A DNA stretch of 64,000 nt from an uncultured virus (IMG/VR IMGVR_UViG_2061766007_000275) (lineage: Duplodnaviria; Heunggongvirae; Uroviricota; Caudoviricetes), in the IMG/VR virus record IMGVR_UViG_2061766007_000275; one strand, written 5' to 3'. A program made the translations under genes and the position numbers. This document shows positions 28,210 to 38,601 of the stretch, piece by piece. The notes under the pieces are model-generated. The model did not search any database, was not told the DNA's origin, and worked only from the letters and a program-made list of their open reading frames with translations. How positions within the stretch are numbered: position 1 is the stretch's first letter; the number at the start of each line of letters is the position of its first letter.

Positions 28210-28488
28210 TTACGATGCTGTTACCGTTACTGTGTAGGTTGTGGTTCCGTCGTCGCCGGTAACTTCTATTACTACCTCGTTGTCGCCTTCAGTCCATGTC
28301 GCAGACGCACCATTCTCGAGTTCTACGTCGTTCACGGTGATCTCGACTGTGGCATCGGCGCTTGTAGGTGTGGCTGTCACCTTGTTTGATGCGTTTGTGG
28401 TGGTACAAGTGTACTCAGTCACGTCCGCAGCAAATGTCGGTGTCAAGGTAAGCGACCCGATCGTCAGCCCCGATAAGGTCTTACTTAT
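28210..28488 (-). CDS. Cadherin-like/Ig domain, probably a frameshift extension of the capsid protein
   Basis: TLSGLTIGSLTLTPTF..YTVTVT begins at the MCP stop in the -1 frame; no ATG. Confidence 0.65.
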   Translation of the reverse strand: MSKTLSGLTIGSLTLTPTFAADVTEYTCTTTNASNKVTATPTSADATVEITVNDVELENGASATWTEGDNEVVIEVTGDDGTTTYTVTVTAS

Positions 28489-29642
28489 GGGGTTACATCG
28501 AGCTTCGCAAAAGCTCCGGGAGCAAGCAGAGCGGCCTCGAATCTGCAGTAACCGCTGTATGTGATTACATGCTTCTTGATGTCGCGGTCTGATTCAACCA
28601 TGATGTCCTGTACCATATTGCCGACTACCTGCTCGGGATCTCCTACCCAGATAAGGTCAGCGCCGATAGCATCCTCAACCTTTACAGGGAAGCCTGCGAG
28701 TAATCCTCTGATCTTCTCGTTTGCGTCATGCTGGAAGAGCGGGCGGCCTGTGCTGTCTACCATTCCGGCGATGTATTTGTAGATTGTGGTCTGATTTGCA
28801 TAGAACACAATGTTGTTTACGTTCTTCAGAACTGAAAGAGCGCCGGTCACATCGGGCCAAACTACCTTTCCGCTTGTTGCAACATCAAGGTCGTTGTGGG
28901 TGCTGTCATATCCGCTTCCGATGGTGGTGATGATGTCAGAAGCTAAAGCAGCGCCGAGGCGGTCTGCTATCTCCTTTGTTATGAAGCTCTCAAATCCATC
29001 AATGCTCATGATGCCGAGCGCATAGCTGATATCAACATACTTTGCGAAGTCCTTACCTGAAAGGGTAACCTTTGCGAAGGTGTTGTTTTCTGCATCGCTG
29101 GGAGCTGCGTTCTCGCTTACTGTGCCGGCGTCGCCTGCTGCGATAGCGGTACGTTTTGCAACTTCGAGGATGGTTCCTGTCCTGTAAATAGTAATGTCAC
29201 CGAGTATGGCATGCTTGCCCTCGATTAAATCCCAAATCTTGTTTAACAGGGTTGTAGGGATTGTATATCCTGCACTCTGTCCTGAAGAGGTTCCGGTTGT
29301 ATGAACAAAGTCGGTTCGCTGCTCTTCCTCTGCTGTCAAAGGAAGGCCGAGCATGTACTTGCTCCATGCGGTTCTGTATTCGTTAGAATCAACGCTGAAC
29401 TTGCCTCTTGCCTCTCCGTTAGCTGCTGCCACGGGAATTACTACGTTATCAGGCTTTACTTCGCCGCTTGCAAGTGCCTGTGCGTTTGCTGTTCTGGTCT
29501 GCATTGCCTCGATTGCCATCTTGCGAGCTTCAAGGGATGCGATTTCGTTCTTAAACGATGTGATCTGTTCATCAGTTAAGTTTCCAGCTTCAAGAGCTGA
29601 TCTGATTTCACCAAGTCTTGCAATAATCTGTTCAAGGTTCAT
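28485..29642 (-). CDS. Major capsid protein, HK97 fold
   Basis: Coiled-coil delta domain, GYTIP, DSTGRPLF, LAGFPV. Confidence 0.9.
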   Translation of the reverse strand: MNLEQIIARLGEIRSALEAGNLTDEQITSFKNEIASLEARKMAIEAMQTRTANAQALASGEVKPDNVVIPVAAANGEARGKFSVDSNEYRTAWSKYMLGLPLTAEEEQRTDFVHTTGTSSGQSAGYTIPTTLLNKIWDLIEGKHAILGDITIYRTGTILEVAKRTAIAAGDAGTVSENAAPSDAENNTFAKVTLSGKDFAKYVDISYALGIMSIDGFESFITKEIADRLGAALASDIITTIGSGYDSTHNDLDVATSGKVVWPDVTGALSVLKNVNNIVFYANQTTIYKYIAGMVDSTGRPLFQHDANEKIRGLLAGFPVKVEDAIGADLIWVGDPEQVVGNMVQDIMVESDRDIKKHVITYSGYCRFEAALLAPGAFAKLDVTP

Positions 29643-30283
29643 AATTTTTCTCCTTTTTTAAGTATTTTGTTGATTTGTTCCTTTAAATTTTCGACGGTTT
29701 TGGCTCTCTCTGCCTTCAGAAGTCGCTCCGCTTCCAGCCTTGCGATCTCTCCGTCGCGCAGGCTTCTGGCTGATAGCTCTGTACCGTCGTTTGCGGGAAG
29801 GCTGACGGCCGAGACATCATAAAGCTTTTTAAAGCCTGTGATTGTCCTGGTATAAATCGTTAATCCGTCCCTTTCCTCTTCATCTATCTTGTCGGAGTCC
29901 ACACGGAACCCGAAAGACATCTTGTTAGTATATCCGCCCTTTATCTCATCGAAGAGCGCGCGGCCGATCTCTGTTCCGCCGAGATATGCACTTACCCTCA
30001 GGCCGTGGGCGTCCGGCTCGAGCTTCAGGGTATCGTTTGATGTCCTGGCAAACACGCGCCCTTCGTGATCGTATTGAAGTATTACGTCCGACATGTCGCA
30101 TTTGTCAAAAGCGTGCGGGTCTACTCGCTCATCGAAGCGGTATCCAGGGCCATCGAAGAGGGTATATGTCTCATCAAAGGTCGTGGCGTATCCCCTCACG
30201 TTGTAGCTGTCCGGATTATCGTCCAGCGCCAGCGTCATACGTCTGTATTCACGTCCGTCCTTGATTTTCTCAGATATATCCAT
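29639..30283 (-). CDS. HK97 prohead protease
   Basis: GYATTF, DHEGRVFART, MSFGF, DVSAVSLPA. Confidence 0.9.
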   Translation of the reverse strand: MDISEKIKDGREYRRMTLALDDNPDSYNVRGYATTFDETYTLFDGPGYRFDERVDPHAFDKCDMSDVILQYDHEGRVFARTSNDTLKLEPDAHGLRVSAYLGGTEIGRALFDEIKGGYTNKMSFGFRVDSDKIDEEERDGLTIYTRTITGFKKLYDVSAVSLPANDGTELSARSLRDGEIARLEAERLLKAERAKTVENLKEQINKILKKGEKL

Positions 30284-30286
30284 CTT

Positions 30287-31435
30287 TTAATCCTCCTTAT
30301 CATCATCCTGTTTCTTAACGTCGCCTGTTCCCATTGTATCCAGTCGCCTTATATATTCGTCCCCGCCTTCGTATGGTGCCATATTAAACGCTGCACGGAG
30401 CTCGTTCGGTGTCATGATTGCCCTGTCTACAAGCTGCACCATATTTAATTTTGTTTTGTTGCTTGCATACTGCAGGCGGTTCGATTCATAAATTATATTA
30501 TTGCCGAGATCCTGTTCCCGTCTGGTAAATGCCTTTCTGGTCAGTTCCTCGGATAAGGCTATTAAAAACGGCTCTATCTTTGATTGATAGAAGGCTTCCA
30601 TGTCATCTTCGTTAAAGTCTGACATCATGATTTTGTCATTTACTCCGAAGTATCTGTATAAATCCTCACGGATCTGTTTCAACGTCTGCGAATCTGTCAC
30701 GCTCGGGTTCATTTGCACCGGTATAAATTCCTGCGTTGAATCCAGGGAAGCTATGCCTCCGGAGTTTTCAAGATTTAAGTAGTCCGTCACGAACTGTTCT
30801 TTTAGCTCCTTAAGATCTCCGGGTTTTAACATTGCCTTTGTGCTCTTCAATATGCCTCGCAAGTTAGCGGTTGCCCTCACGCTGTTCGCGATTCCCTGTT
30901 CGGCTGTGTTCATAAGCTCCAGCTTTTGGAGTATCGCCGTGTTATCGTCGCCCCAGATGTCGGATGTATAGTAGTCTTTCCGGAGCACTGCCAGATCTTC
31001 CCATGGAAATACATAATCTCTGGCTGTTCCGTTGTTAAATGTAAACTTTATATATAGCCCTCCCATGTACTCCAAAGCCTCGAAGCTGGAATATGGAACC
31101 GGGTAAAAGCTTATAATTTTCCCTGTATCGTCTCTGGCGATATAAATAAACGCTGTGTTCTTTATTTCGAGCCAGAGCCTTATCTTCGAAAGAAAATCCT
31201 TCCCGTTCATGTACATGTTCGGGCTCGTGTTCAGGATCTTTGCAATCTCCGGACGTGTGCATGTCGCATGAGCCTTGCTTGTATGCTCCGCTATCGGGCG
31301 GACGCATGACCTTACAAGGTCGCTTCGCCACATATCCTGCCCGAAAGGAGAGAAGGTCGCCGTAAATGCTCCCAACTCTTTCCATCTGGTCTGTTTTGCG
31401 CTTTTCAGCGGTCTGAAGATGTTCCAAAAGCTCAT
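30287..31435 (-). CDS. Portal protein (HK97 family)
   Basis: PNMYMNG, FYQSKIEP, MTPNELR. Confidence 0.9.
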   Translation of the reverse strand: MSFWNIFRPLKSAKQTRWKELGAFTATFSPFGQDMWRSDLVRSCVRPIAEHTSKAHATCTRPEIAKILNTSPNMYMNGKDFLSKIRLWLEIKNTAFIYIARDDTGKIISFYPVPYSSFEALEYMGGLYIKFTFNNGTARDYVFPWEDLAVLRKDYYTSDIWGDDNTAILQKLELMNTAEQGIANSVRATANLRGILKSTKAMLKPGDLKELKEQFVTDYLNLENSGGIASLDSTQEFIPVQMNPSVTDSQTLKQIREDLYRYFGVNDKIMMSDFNEDDMEAFYQSKIEPFLIALSEELTRKAFTRREQDLGNNIIYESNRLQYASNKTKLNMVQLVDRAIMTPNELRAAFNMAPYEGGDEYIRRLDTMGTGDVKKQDDDKED

Positions 31436-31444
31436 TTTTTGCTC

Positions 31445-33139
31445 CTATCTTGCGTTATACTGTGTATATTCGTCCTGATGCTTAACAAATCCTACCCAAG
31501 CATTCAGCAGGCTTACCATTCCGTCTATCCTGCGGTTTGTCTGTATCTTTACCGGCTGCATTACTTCCAAGCTGTCTGTTTTGGTGCGCTTGGCGGCTGT
31601 ATTTAGCAGGCACCAGCGCAGAACCGGATTATTATTGTATATGACTCTATGCTCGGCAAATGCCGCCTGCATTTCCCTCATAGGCTGGTTCCATGTGTAC
31701 GGACCTTGCGCGGTCTTTTCCATCTCAAAGCCATATGCTTCCATCTCGGGAACCCAGTATCCGGAAAGTGCTCTATCGTAACATATCCATAAAGGACGTA
31801 TCTCGTACTGTTCAACCATTTCCGCGAACCATGCGGTCACATCCGAATAATTGACCTGAGCCCCTTCGCATATCCTCAGCCAGCCTTTATCCGCCCAGAG
31901 CTTATATGGTGCCTCTTTGCTTGCGGTCTTCTCTAAGAAGTCCACTTTTGACTGCGGTATAAAATACATCTGTAAAACGTATATATTCGCGTCATTCGGC
32001 TTTTGTATGAGTAAGGTACCACAAGTAAGGTCACCGACTGCGGAAAGGTCACAGCCGCCTATAGCGTAACTATCGCGGATATAATCCATCTCGAATGTGG
32101 TCTCATTTACGGCTTCGTCATATGTCAGCCAGGATGCAAACTCGCTCTCCGGAAGATTGAAGTCTTTCGTGAGAAGCGTCGGCAGGAATGACGGATCACG
32201 TTTCGCCTTTTCCACGTTCTGAGCCAGTGTCTCGAATTTCTTTATCTTGCCCAGTCCCGGATTTGCTTCCGGCCAGTGTGCCGGATCCGCCCACGTCGAG
32301 CGGTCATTAAGCTCGTATATTAATGGAAGCACGCTGTAATCTTCGAAGCCCGGCTCCCACATTGCCACGCTTGACCAGTATCCGTATTTGCTATCGAAAA
32401 AGCCCTCACGAACGAATCCGTTCGTGGCTATCAGCCAGGCGAGTGGTTGGTCTCGCATCGATTGTCCCTGGATCATTACGTCGTACAGCGCCGAGGTCTT
32501 CATTGCGTGAAATTCGTCAAGGCTGAAGAAGCTCGGGTTTAATCCGTCCATCGTGCTGGTATCTGATGCAAGGCATTTTATAAAGCCCATATTACCGGCG
32601 CAGTATATATCGCTCTGTCTTTTCTTGGTGATAGCTTTCAGCTCCGGTGATTGTATCCTCATGTTTACGCATTCCGCATATATGAGGTTCGCCTGGTCCT
32701 TTTTGTTTGCTGTGCAGTAAACCTCCGGACCGGCTTCCCGGTCGTTCAGAAATACGTCCCACTCGACTGCTGCCGTCTCGGTTGATTTTCCGCATTTACG
32801 TCCCCGGATGTCTACGACTTCCTTAAATCTGCGGAGCTTCGTATTTTTATATCTCCATCCGAATACGAGCTGTATTTTTGCCTTTTGAAAAAGTTCGAGC
32901 TTTATCGGCTGCCGTGCGAATCTGCCCTTGCTATGCTTGCAGAATCGCTCGATAAATTCTATGTGTCGGAGTCCTTCTTCTGCGTCGAAGTAATATGGAA
33001 AGCCCGCAGGTGGCTTCCTCATCCATGCCACTTCGCGCTCATATACAGCCCGGACTTTGTTTGATACGATCTCTTTCCCGGACTGTATAGCCTTTAGGTA
33101 CTCCTTCGGGTAGTTCTTAACTCTTTCAGTTTTCGCCAC
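31445..33139 (-). CDS. terL: Terminase large subunit
   Basis: GRKCGKS Walker A, LDEFH, ANP.LG, GCDLS, RIDG. Confidence 0.95.
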   Translation of the reverse strand: MAKTERVKNYPKEYLKAIQSGKEIVSNKVRAVYEREVAWMRKPPAGFPYYFDAEEGLRHIEFIERFCKHSKGRFARQPIKLELFQKAKIQLVFGWRYKNTKLRRFKEVVDIRGRKCGKSTETAAVEWDVFLNDREAGPEVYCTANKKDQANLIYAECVNMRIQSPELKAITKKRQSDIYCAGNMGFIKCLASDTSTMDGLNPSFFSLDEFHAMKTSALYDVMIQGQSMRDQPLAWLIATNGFVREGFFDSKYGYWSSVAMWEPGFEDYSVLPLIYELNDRSTWADPAHWPEANPGLGKIKKFETLAQNVEKAKRDPSFLPTLLTKDFNLPESEFASWLTYDEAVNETTFEMDYIRDSYAIGGCDLSAVGDLTCGTLLIQKPNDANIYVLQMYFIPQSKVDFLEKTASKEAPYKLWADKGWLRICEGAQVNYSDVTAWFAEMVEQYEIRPLWICYDRALSGYWVPEMEAYGFEMEKTAQGPYTWNQPMREMQAAFAEHRVIYNNNPVLRWCLLNTAAKRTKTDSLEVMQPVKIQTNRRIDGMVSLLNAWVGFVKHQDEYTQYNAR

Positions 33140-33500
33140 GCAAGAATGACAGAATCTCCGAGCCTGCGTCCGTTTCGTTATCTGCCCTCATGGTTGTGAC
33201 TATCTTCATCAATGTTGCGACTGTCTGATTCGCAGCTGTCGCCGTCTTGTTATATTCACCGATTGCCGGATGTGTGTAGATGTTTTCGCGGCCTTTGACG
33301 TATTCCTTTGTTACCAGTGCCCCGTCTTCCTTGATTTTCTTCTCAAGGGATGTAAGTATGTTTATCTGCACCTGGTACCGTTTGAAGGTAGTAAGGAAAA
33401 AGAAGTTCTGTTCTACTCCGTACTCTTCAGCAATGCGGAGTATTTCGTCGGCCTGTTCCTGAAGCGTCAGCTTCTTCTTCTCATTTGTCTTTTTTGCCAT
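33126..33500 (-). CDS. terS: Terminase small subunit (P27-like)
   Basis: EYVKGRENIYTHPAI; directly upstream of terL. Confidence 0.8.
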   Translation of the reverse strand: MAKKTNEKKKLTLQEQADEILRIAEEYGVEQNFFFLTTFKRYQVQINILTSLEKKIKEDGALVTKEYVKGRENIYTHPAIGEYNKTATAANQTVATLMKIVTTMRADNETDAGSEILSFLRGEN

Positions 33501-34698
33501 TCTTCTTTCCTCCTTTTCCCAGATTCTTTACGATTTCTTTTTCTCGTTCACTCAAGTGCCATCTCGCGGCGGCTGCTTTCTCGGCGGCTGCTTTCTCGGC
33601 GGCTTTCTGTTCCGAGATCAAATACCCGCTGCCGAATATCTGCTTATCATGCTCTTTCTGAGCGTCAAGCTCCGATATTCTTGCACACTCATCAGGATAT
33701 ACCGAAAACGGAACCCCATATTTAGCATATAACGATACCATTGTCGCCGTTATTACTTCCAGCGGATAGGAATACTTTGGCAGCTCCTTCTTGAGCTCTT
33801 TTCTGTATTCGTCTGCCGCCTTTTTAACAGACTGGTAAAGCTCCGGAATAGCTCTCACCTTTGCTTTGTCCATGTTTGTTATGAATGAGGTATCTACAAC
33901 CGCTCCGTTCTCATATGTCACCGAACACGCAGTTGGCAGGTAACATATAGGGCAATCCCTTCCTGATCCGAAAAGTGTCAGCGTAGGAGCAAACAAGAAA
34001 AATTTTATTTTCTTCTCACAGTAAAACCGTAAAATCTCGGAAAGGATACTAAATGGCGGATTGTCTACCACTATCGTTCCGGCTTTGTATTCTTCCTTCT
34101 GATAATCTCCGCCAGGATAGAACGGGCGGAAGTAATTATCTCTATTTACCTTGTATTCCTTTGCCACAAACTCACAAACCGCGTCATAAACTCCGGGCGG
34201 AGTGTAACAATCGTCTGTGGTTTTCTTAGGCTCGAACTTCTCAAGGAACTCATTATATTCGTCGTTATCCTGTTCTCTGCGGTCATAGTCTTTATCCTGC
34301 CGCTCAAACCAGTCATCCAGCTGTGGGCTTTCAAAACCTGCAAGCTCTATGTTAAAATCCTCATCTTTTAAGCTTGTCAGTTCCTGAGCTAATAGCAGCT
34401 CATCCCATCCGGCATCCTCAGCCAGTTTGTTGTCTGCCAGGATGTAGGCTTTCACCTGTGTGGGAGTTAAATCCTCAACTCTCAAACATGGAACCTTGTC
34501 CATTCCCAGCTTTTTCGCTGCAAGGACTCTACCGTGTCCGGATATTATCATATTTGAGCCGTCTACCAACACCGGATTCAGGAATCCAAATTCTCGGATA
34601 CTGTTGGCAATCTTTTCGATTTGCTCATCCGAGTGTGTCCTTGCATTCCGCTCATACGGTATCAACGCTTCAATGGCTATCTGTCCGTACTTTTGCAT
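33481..34698 (-). CDS. ParB-N domain fused to adenine-methyltransferase-like domain
   Basis: NARTHS..GHGR..ADNKL; DDCYTP, DNPPF; AAEKA repeats. Confidence 0.75.
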   Translation of the reverse strand: MQKYGQIAIEALIPYERNARTHSDEQIEKIANSIREFGFLNPVLVDGSNMIISGHGRVLAAKKLGMDKVPCLRVEDLTPTQVKAYILADNKLAEDAGWDELLLAQELTSLKDEDFNIELAGFESPQLDDWFERQDKDYDRREQDNDEYNEFLEKFEPKKTTDDCYTPPGVYDAVCEFVAKEYKVNRDNYFRPFYPGGDYQKEEYKAGTIVVDNPPFSILSEILRFYCEKKIKFFLFAPTLTLFGSGRDCPICYLPTACSVTYENGAVVDTSFITNMDKAKVRAIPELYQSVKKAADEYRKELKKELPKYSYPLEVITATMVSLYAKYGVPFSVYPDECARISELDAQKEHDKQIFGSGYLISEQKAAEKAAAEKAAAARWHLSEREKEIVKNLGKGGKKNGKKDK

Positions 34699-34795
34699 TC
34701 TTCTGTTGTTCTCCTTTGTTCTTGTACGTACTTTCCCGAACTTTCCAAAAAACCGTGCAAGGTTTCAGTTAGTTCGATTTATGTGNNNNNNNNNN

Positions 34796-35854
34796 AATGG
34801 GTGTACGTCCGTAAACGGGTGTAGTAGGTACGGGACAGCTGTTGAGCCTGTTATAAAGCTGGTCTACTTCGTTTGAGAAGCCCTGGGCTATAAATGCGTT
34901 CTGTGCTGTCTGTGATTCTCTCAGTGTTGCCATGTTGAGCTGGCTTCTGAGGTTGTCATTCTCGCGCTTGTATCCGTCTAACTCTAAAGCGCAGAGCTTG
35001 TCGAGAATCATCTGGCTGTTCTTGTTCTGGCTGTCGATGATATCTCTTGTATTGTTTGCCTCAGCGAATCTTGTAGCGTTGCCCTCGTTTTGCACGATGT
35101 TCTGTGTCTGGCAGGTTGCGAGTCTATTATCGCAGCAGCACTGTGCGAGCTGGCTTGATAATCCGCTGATTGCCTGGGAGTTTGCGGTCTGAGCTGCGAA
35201 GCTTCTTTCGAGGTCTGCAATCTGGTTAGNNNNNNNNNNAATTGCCTGGGTTCCTCTGGTCTGTGAATCAATGATATCACGGGTATTGTTCGCATTTGCA
35301 AATCTTGTAGCATTGCCTTCGTTCTGTACGATGTTCTGTGTCTGGCAGGTTGCGAGTCTGTTATCGCAGCAGCACTGTGAAAGCTGGCTTGATAAATTGG
35401 TCAGTCCCTGGGTGTTTGCGGTCTGAGCTGCGAAGCTTCTTTCGAGGTCTGCAATCTGGTTAGAATACATCTGAGCCGCTGTTGCGCTCTGTGCTCCTGC
35501 GATAGCTGCGTTTACTCCTGCAAAGCCTCCGCAGAGTGCTGTCTGTACGTCACCGAATCCGCTTGTGATGCTGCTCTGAATACCCTGAATGTTTCCATTG
35601 ATCATCTGATCACGGAATCCGCCGTTGATGTTCTGGCTGTTGTTAAGCCAAGGATATAAACCGAAGCCGCCGTCCATCATAGCTGCGCCCATTCCGCCGA
35701 AGCCGCCAAAGCCTCCCCATCCTCCGTTAAAACAGAGAAGCAGAAGGATAAGCCACCAGCCATCGCCTCCGAAGCCACCGAATCCGCCCATATTGCCGCC
35801 ACCGTACATGGGAGCTACAGGCATTACCATGTTGTTTTGGTCTGTTAGTGCCAT
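34796..35854 (-). CDS. CCCD cassette protein, second copy (gapped, 3' truncated)
   Basis: Homologous to 13118-13984; N gaps 34786-34795 and 35230-35239 with a duplicated segment. Confidence 0.75.
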
Positions 35855-35860
35855 TTTGAT

Positions 35861-35935
35861 TTCCTCCTATAAGATTTTTTAGGTTAGGGGCTGCCACTTC
35901 TTCTCTGGCAGTCCGTATATAAAGCGTTTCCGCTT
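35861..35935 (-). promoter_or_regulatory. Conserved structured leader of the CCCD gene (copy 2)
   Basis: Matches 13991-14065. Confidence 0.6.
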
Positions 35936-36138
35936 TAATGCATTGTAAAGTTCTTAAACTGTGGATTTCTGCTCATTTGCATTGTCTGGTTAAGCTGTTC
36001 CTGTGATATCTGGTTTGTATCCAGTAAGTGCTGCACCATTTCCTGCGGGTTTTGTATCCCCTGCGGAATATTAAATCTTTTTGATATAATCGCCATCGGA
36101 TTGTTCCTTGCCTGCATTATCAGCTGAAATAAATTCAT
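35935..36138 (-). CDS. Cassette gene 5, copy 2
   Basis: Homologue of 14065-14280. Confidence 0.75.
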   Translation of the reverse strand: MNLFQLIMQARNNPMAIISKRFNIPQGIQNPQEMVQHLLDTNQISQEQLNQTMQMSRNPQFKNFTMH

Positions 36139-36557
36139 GCTCCGAGCTCCTTCCTTAATCTTTCGACTGTATCTCTCAGTCTGTCTACTTCGTCACAGAT
36201 TTGCCCGTATTCGGCTTTTGTAACATAATTTGATAATTTGTCCGCTTCTTCTCTTGGCGGGGCAGATTCCGCCCTCTGTGCGTTCTGTGGTGCCCTTTTC
36301 TTGATCTCGTAAACTTCAAACGTAGGTGAGTCAAATTGTCCGGTTCCGAGCTTTTTTATATAAATATATGGCAGGTTTTCGTCTTTAAACGTGACCGAGG
36401 TTCCACGCTGCATCGGAAAATTTCGAGCATCTTCCTCACTTGGAATTGGTATAAAGTCATTGCTTTGTGTCGGCTGCGTCTGAGCCGCATATCCCGGTTG
36501 CATTGGGTTATAGTAATTCATCGGATAGTATGGTGTATTTGGGTTATAGTATGCCAT
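36135..36557 (-). CDS. Cassette gene 4, copy 2
   Basis: Homologue of 14277-14702. Confidence 0.75.
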   Translation of the reverse strand: MAYYNPNTPYYPMNYYNPMQPGYAAQTQPTQSNDFIPIPSEEDARNFPMQRGTSVTFKDENLPYIYIKKLGTGQFDSPTFEVYEIKKRAPQNAQRAESAPPREEADKLSNYVTKAEYGQICDEVDRLRDTVERLRKELGA

Positions 36558-36936
36558 CGTTTTCTTTCCTCCAGTACAATATCGGTGTTTCGTCTAAACT
36601 GTTCCATGAATCATAAGCGTTTCCCTGCATGACCGCTACGGTGTGGGAGCCTGTCCCGAGGATGTATATCCCTTCCGGGTGATCCTCGCAGAACTCCCTG
36701 ATCGTGTAGCAGGCAGGACAGGTGTCCGGGATGCTTCTCCGTTTAAATCCAAAATCTTTTAATACTTTACTCCATACCGAGTCCGCGTTCGGCATGTTCT
36801 TCATCCTGAATCCGTAATCTGATAGTATAAGATATGCTGTGTCCCAGTCTAAGTCGTTCGCTATTGCTACCGCACGAACGACACAGTCGCCCGTTATGGC
36901 TCCTTTTGGGTTCGGGTTGGTATAAATGTATCCCAT
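36544..36936 (-). CDS. Cassette gene 3 (putative Cys enzyme), copy 2
   Basis: NPNP..GDCVVRA, GSH, YDSW. Confidence 0.7.
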   Translation of the reverse strand: MGYIYTNPNPKGAITGDCVVRAVAIANDLDWDTAYLILSDYGFRMKNMPNADSVWSKVLKDFGFKRRSIPDTCPACYTIREFCEDHPEGIYILGTGSHTVAVMQGNAYDSWNSLDETPILYWRKENDGIL

Positions 36937-37054
36937 GCGCTTTCCCTCCCTTTATGGGCTTATTATCGCATAAAAAAAGAACCCTGACTTGCAGAGTTCT
37001 TTTAACAAAACATGAAGAAATCTGTTATGAAACTGTTGAAAACCTGTTAAAAAA

Positions 37055-37312
37055 TTATAATGCATCCTGTTTTTCGTCCCAGTATTCGACATCATTGTCG
37101 GTTATGGCTGCGGTTACAAATGGCAGCTTTGATATCATCGTCACCCCGTCCCCGAACTTAAAGCGCGGGATGTTTACCTCGTTGTCGGTCCTGTAATCAG
37201 TCACCGCATACCATTTATTTTTTACCGATACCTTGTCCGGCATCTCTGCCCATTCCTTTGTCGTGTGGCTCTCGGGAATTAGTGGACAGTTTGAACACAT
37301 TTCATGGCACAT
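37055..37312 (-). CDS. Cassette gene 2, copy 2
   Basis: Homologue of 15204-15461. Confidence 0.75.
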   Translation of the reverse strand: MCHEMCSNCPLIPESHTTKEWAEMPDKVSVKNKWYAVTDYRTDNEVNIPRFKFGDGVTMISKLPFVTAAITDNDVEYWDEKQDAL

Positions 37313-37315
37313 AAA

Positions 37316-37528
37316 TCATACCTCCCAGTCTAAAACTCTTGTTATTTTAGTCCGTACACGTCGCATAACTACTGATATTGTGCTCTCGGATACGTTTAAC
37401 TCCATCGCCAGCTGCGTATTCGTTTTGTCGCGTGCTTTCAGGTCGAAGCACTGCCTTTCTATATCGGTAAAGTTGCATTCTTTCCGGAATTTGTCTAACT
37501 CTGGCTTTGTAAAGTCGCATATCTTCAT
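37316..37528 (-). CDS. Cassette gene 1 (LuxR-like HTH), copy 2
   Basis: Homologue of 15466-15678. Confidence 0.75.
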   Translation of the reverse strand: MKICDFTKPELDKFRKECNFTDIERQCFDLKARDKTNTQLAMELNVSESTISVVMRRVRTKITRVLDWEV

Positions 37529-37815
37529 TGAGCCTTCCTTTCCAAATCATCTATCCTGTGGTTTACCACCTTGATCTGTTCTTCCATGACCGGAACCCTT
37601 CGAGCAAAGTTATTATGTTCCCGGACCTCTCTTGTCAACTCCTCTATCTTTGTATCCGTTACTGCCTGGGCTTTTTCAAGCTCTGATTTAATCGTCTGCT
37701 GCTGCAGTTCCATCTGGTGGAGCATCTTGTCATTATTAGCCTTGTTTGTCAGGATCACAGCTACTAAGGATCCGACTGCAGTAATGAATGTCCCCACAAG
37801 TCCTATCCATTCCAT
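37525..37815 (-). CDS. TM plus coiled-coil lysis-region protein, copy 2
   Basis: Homologue of 15675-15965. Confidence 0.65.
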   Translation of the reverse strand: MEWIGLVGTFITAVGSLVAVILTNKANNDKMLHQMELQQQTIKSELEKAQAVTDTKIEELTREVREHNNFARRVPVMEEQIKVVNHRIDDLERKAQ

Positions 37816-37818
37816 TTG

Positions 37819-38601
37819 TCAGTCCTCCAATGCTTTTCTTGTATCCGGTCCGCATATCCCATCGACCTCTAATCCTTTAAGCTTTTGAAATTCTTTGATG
37901 CAGTTAACGGTTCCCTTGCCGCATTCTCCGTCTATCCCTCCGCAGTCGTCAATCTCGCTTTGGAATTGGTGCTGGCAAAGTTCATACTGAACCCACTGAA
38001 CCGCTTCGCCCTTTGATATATAGTGCTTGCAGCCTGTCTTTTTTGCATTAGCTTTGGATGTAACATTTGTCAAAGGCTTTGCAAACGGATTTTTTTTCGG
38101 CATTCCCTCCACTATAATTGCGGTATGCCCTTTTGTTTTTGTGACGATTACATCCCCATCGTAAAGGGTTACTCCTTTTCTGTATGTTCTGGGCTTTTCA
38201 AAAAGTCCGGTTTTTTCAAGTACATCAACCTCATTACCTGTATAAAAGTCCGGTATCTTTTTCCCGGATGCTTCCTCGATCACTTCCTTTACTAAAGAGG
38301 AGCAGTCGCAATTTGCCGGATCCTTTGTATCTATTCCATGCTTGTAGATGCTTTCGCGGTCGTTCTGGCTGTATCCTATATTTTTATTATTGCAGGCCAG
38401 CTTCATGAGCGCGGCCATCGTCTTGGCGAGCTGCGTCTTTTTAGGTCGGAGAATGATCCAGCCTTTTTTGTTTATATAAAAGTCCTGAAGCCGGACCTCT
38501 CCGGAATAATCATCTGTTTTTTTCTGTAGCTGATCTCCAGGCTTTCCGCCGTTTGCACGTCCGTTTTCATCATGTACTGCATTACCGATTATTATCTTCA
38601 T
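37819..38601 (-). CDS. Endolysin with peptidoglycan-binding domain
   Basis: IGYSQ, CDCSS, GHTAI, DGICGPDT; start ATG 38601. Confidence 0.85.
   Translation of the reverse strand: MKIIIGNAVHDENGRANGGKPGDQLQKKTDDYSGEVRLQDFYINKKGWIILRPKKTQLAKTMAALMKLACNNKNIGYSQNDRESIYKHGIDTKDPANCDCSSLVKEVIEEASGKKIPDFYTGNEVDVLEKTGLFEKPRTYRKGVTLYDGDVIVTKTKGHTAIIVEGMPKKNPFAKPLTNVTSKANAKKTGCKHYISKGEAVQWVQYELCQHQFQSEIDDCGGIDGECGKGTVNCIKEFQKLKGLEVDGICGPDTRKALED

Larger units (their letters stand above)
1..34785 (-). mobile_element. Near-complete temperate siphophage genome (HK97-type head, tyrosine integrase) in attP (excised) configuration
   Basis: All modules present; HNH at the left end and ParB/terS at the right end would be adjacent on circularisation; tRNA fragment is flanked by phage genes on both sides. 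Confidence 0.9.

Noticed and set aside
35035..35465. Internal duplication making a longer CCCD protein
   Set aside because: The two versions are separated by an N gap; likely two alleles scaffolded together
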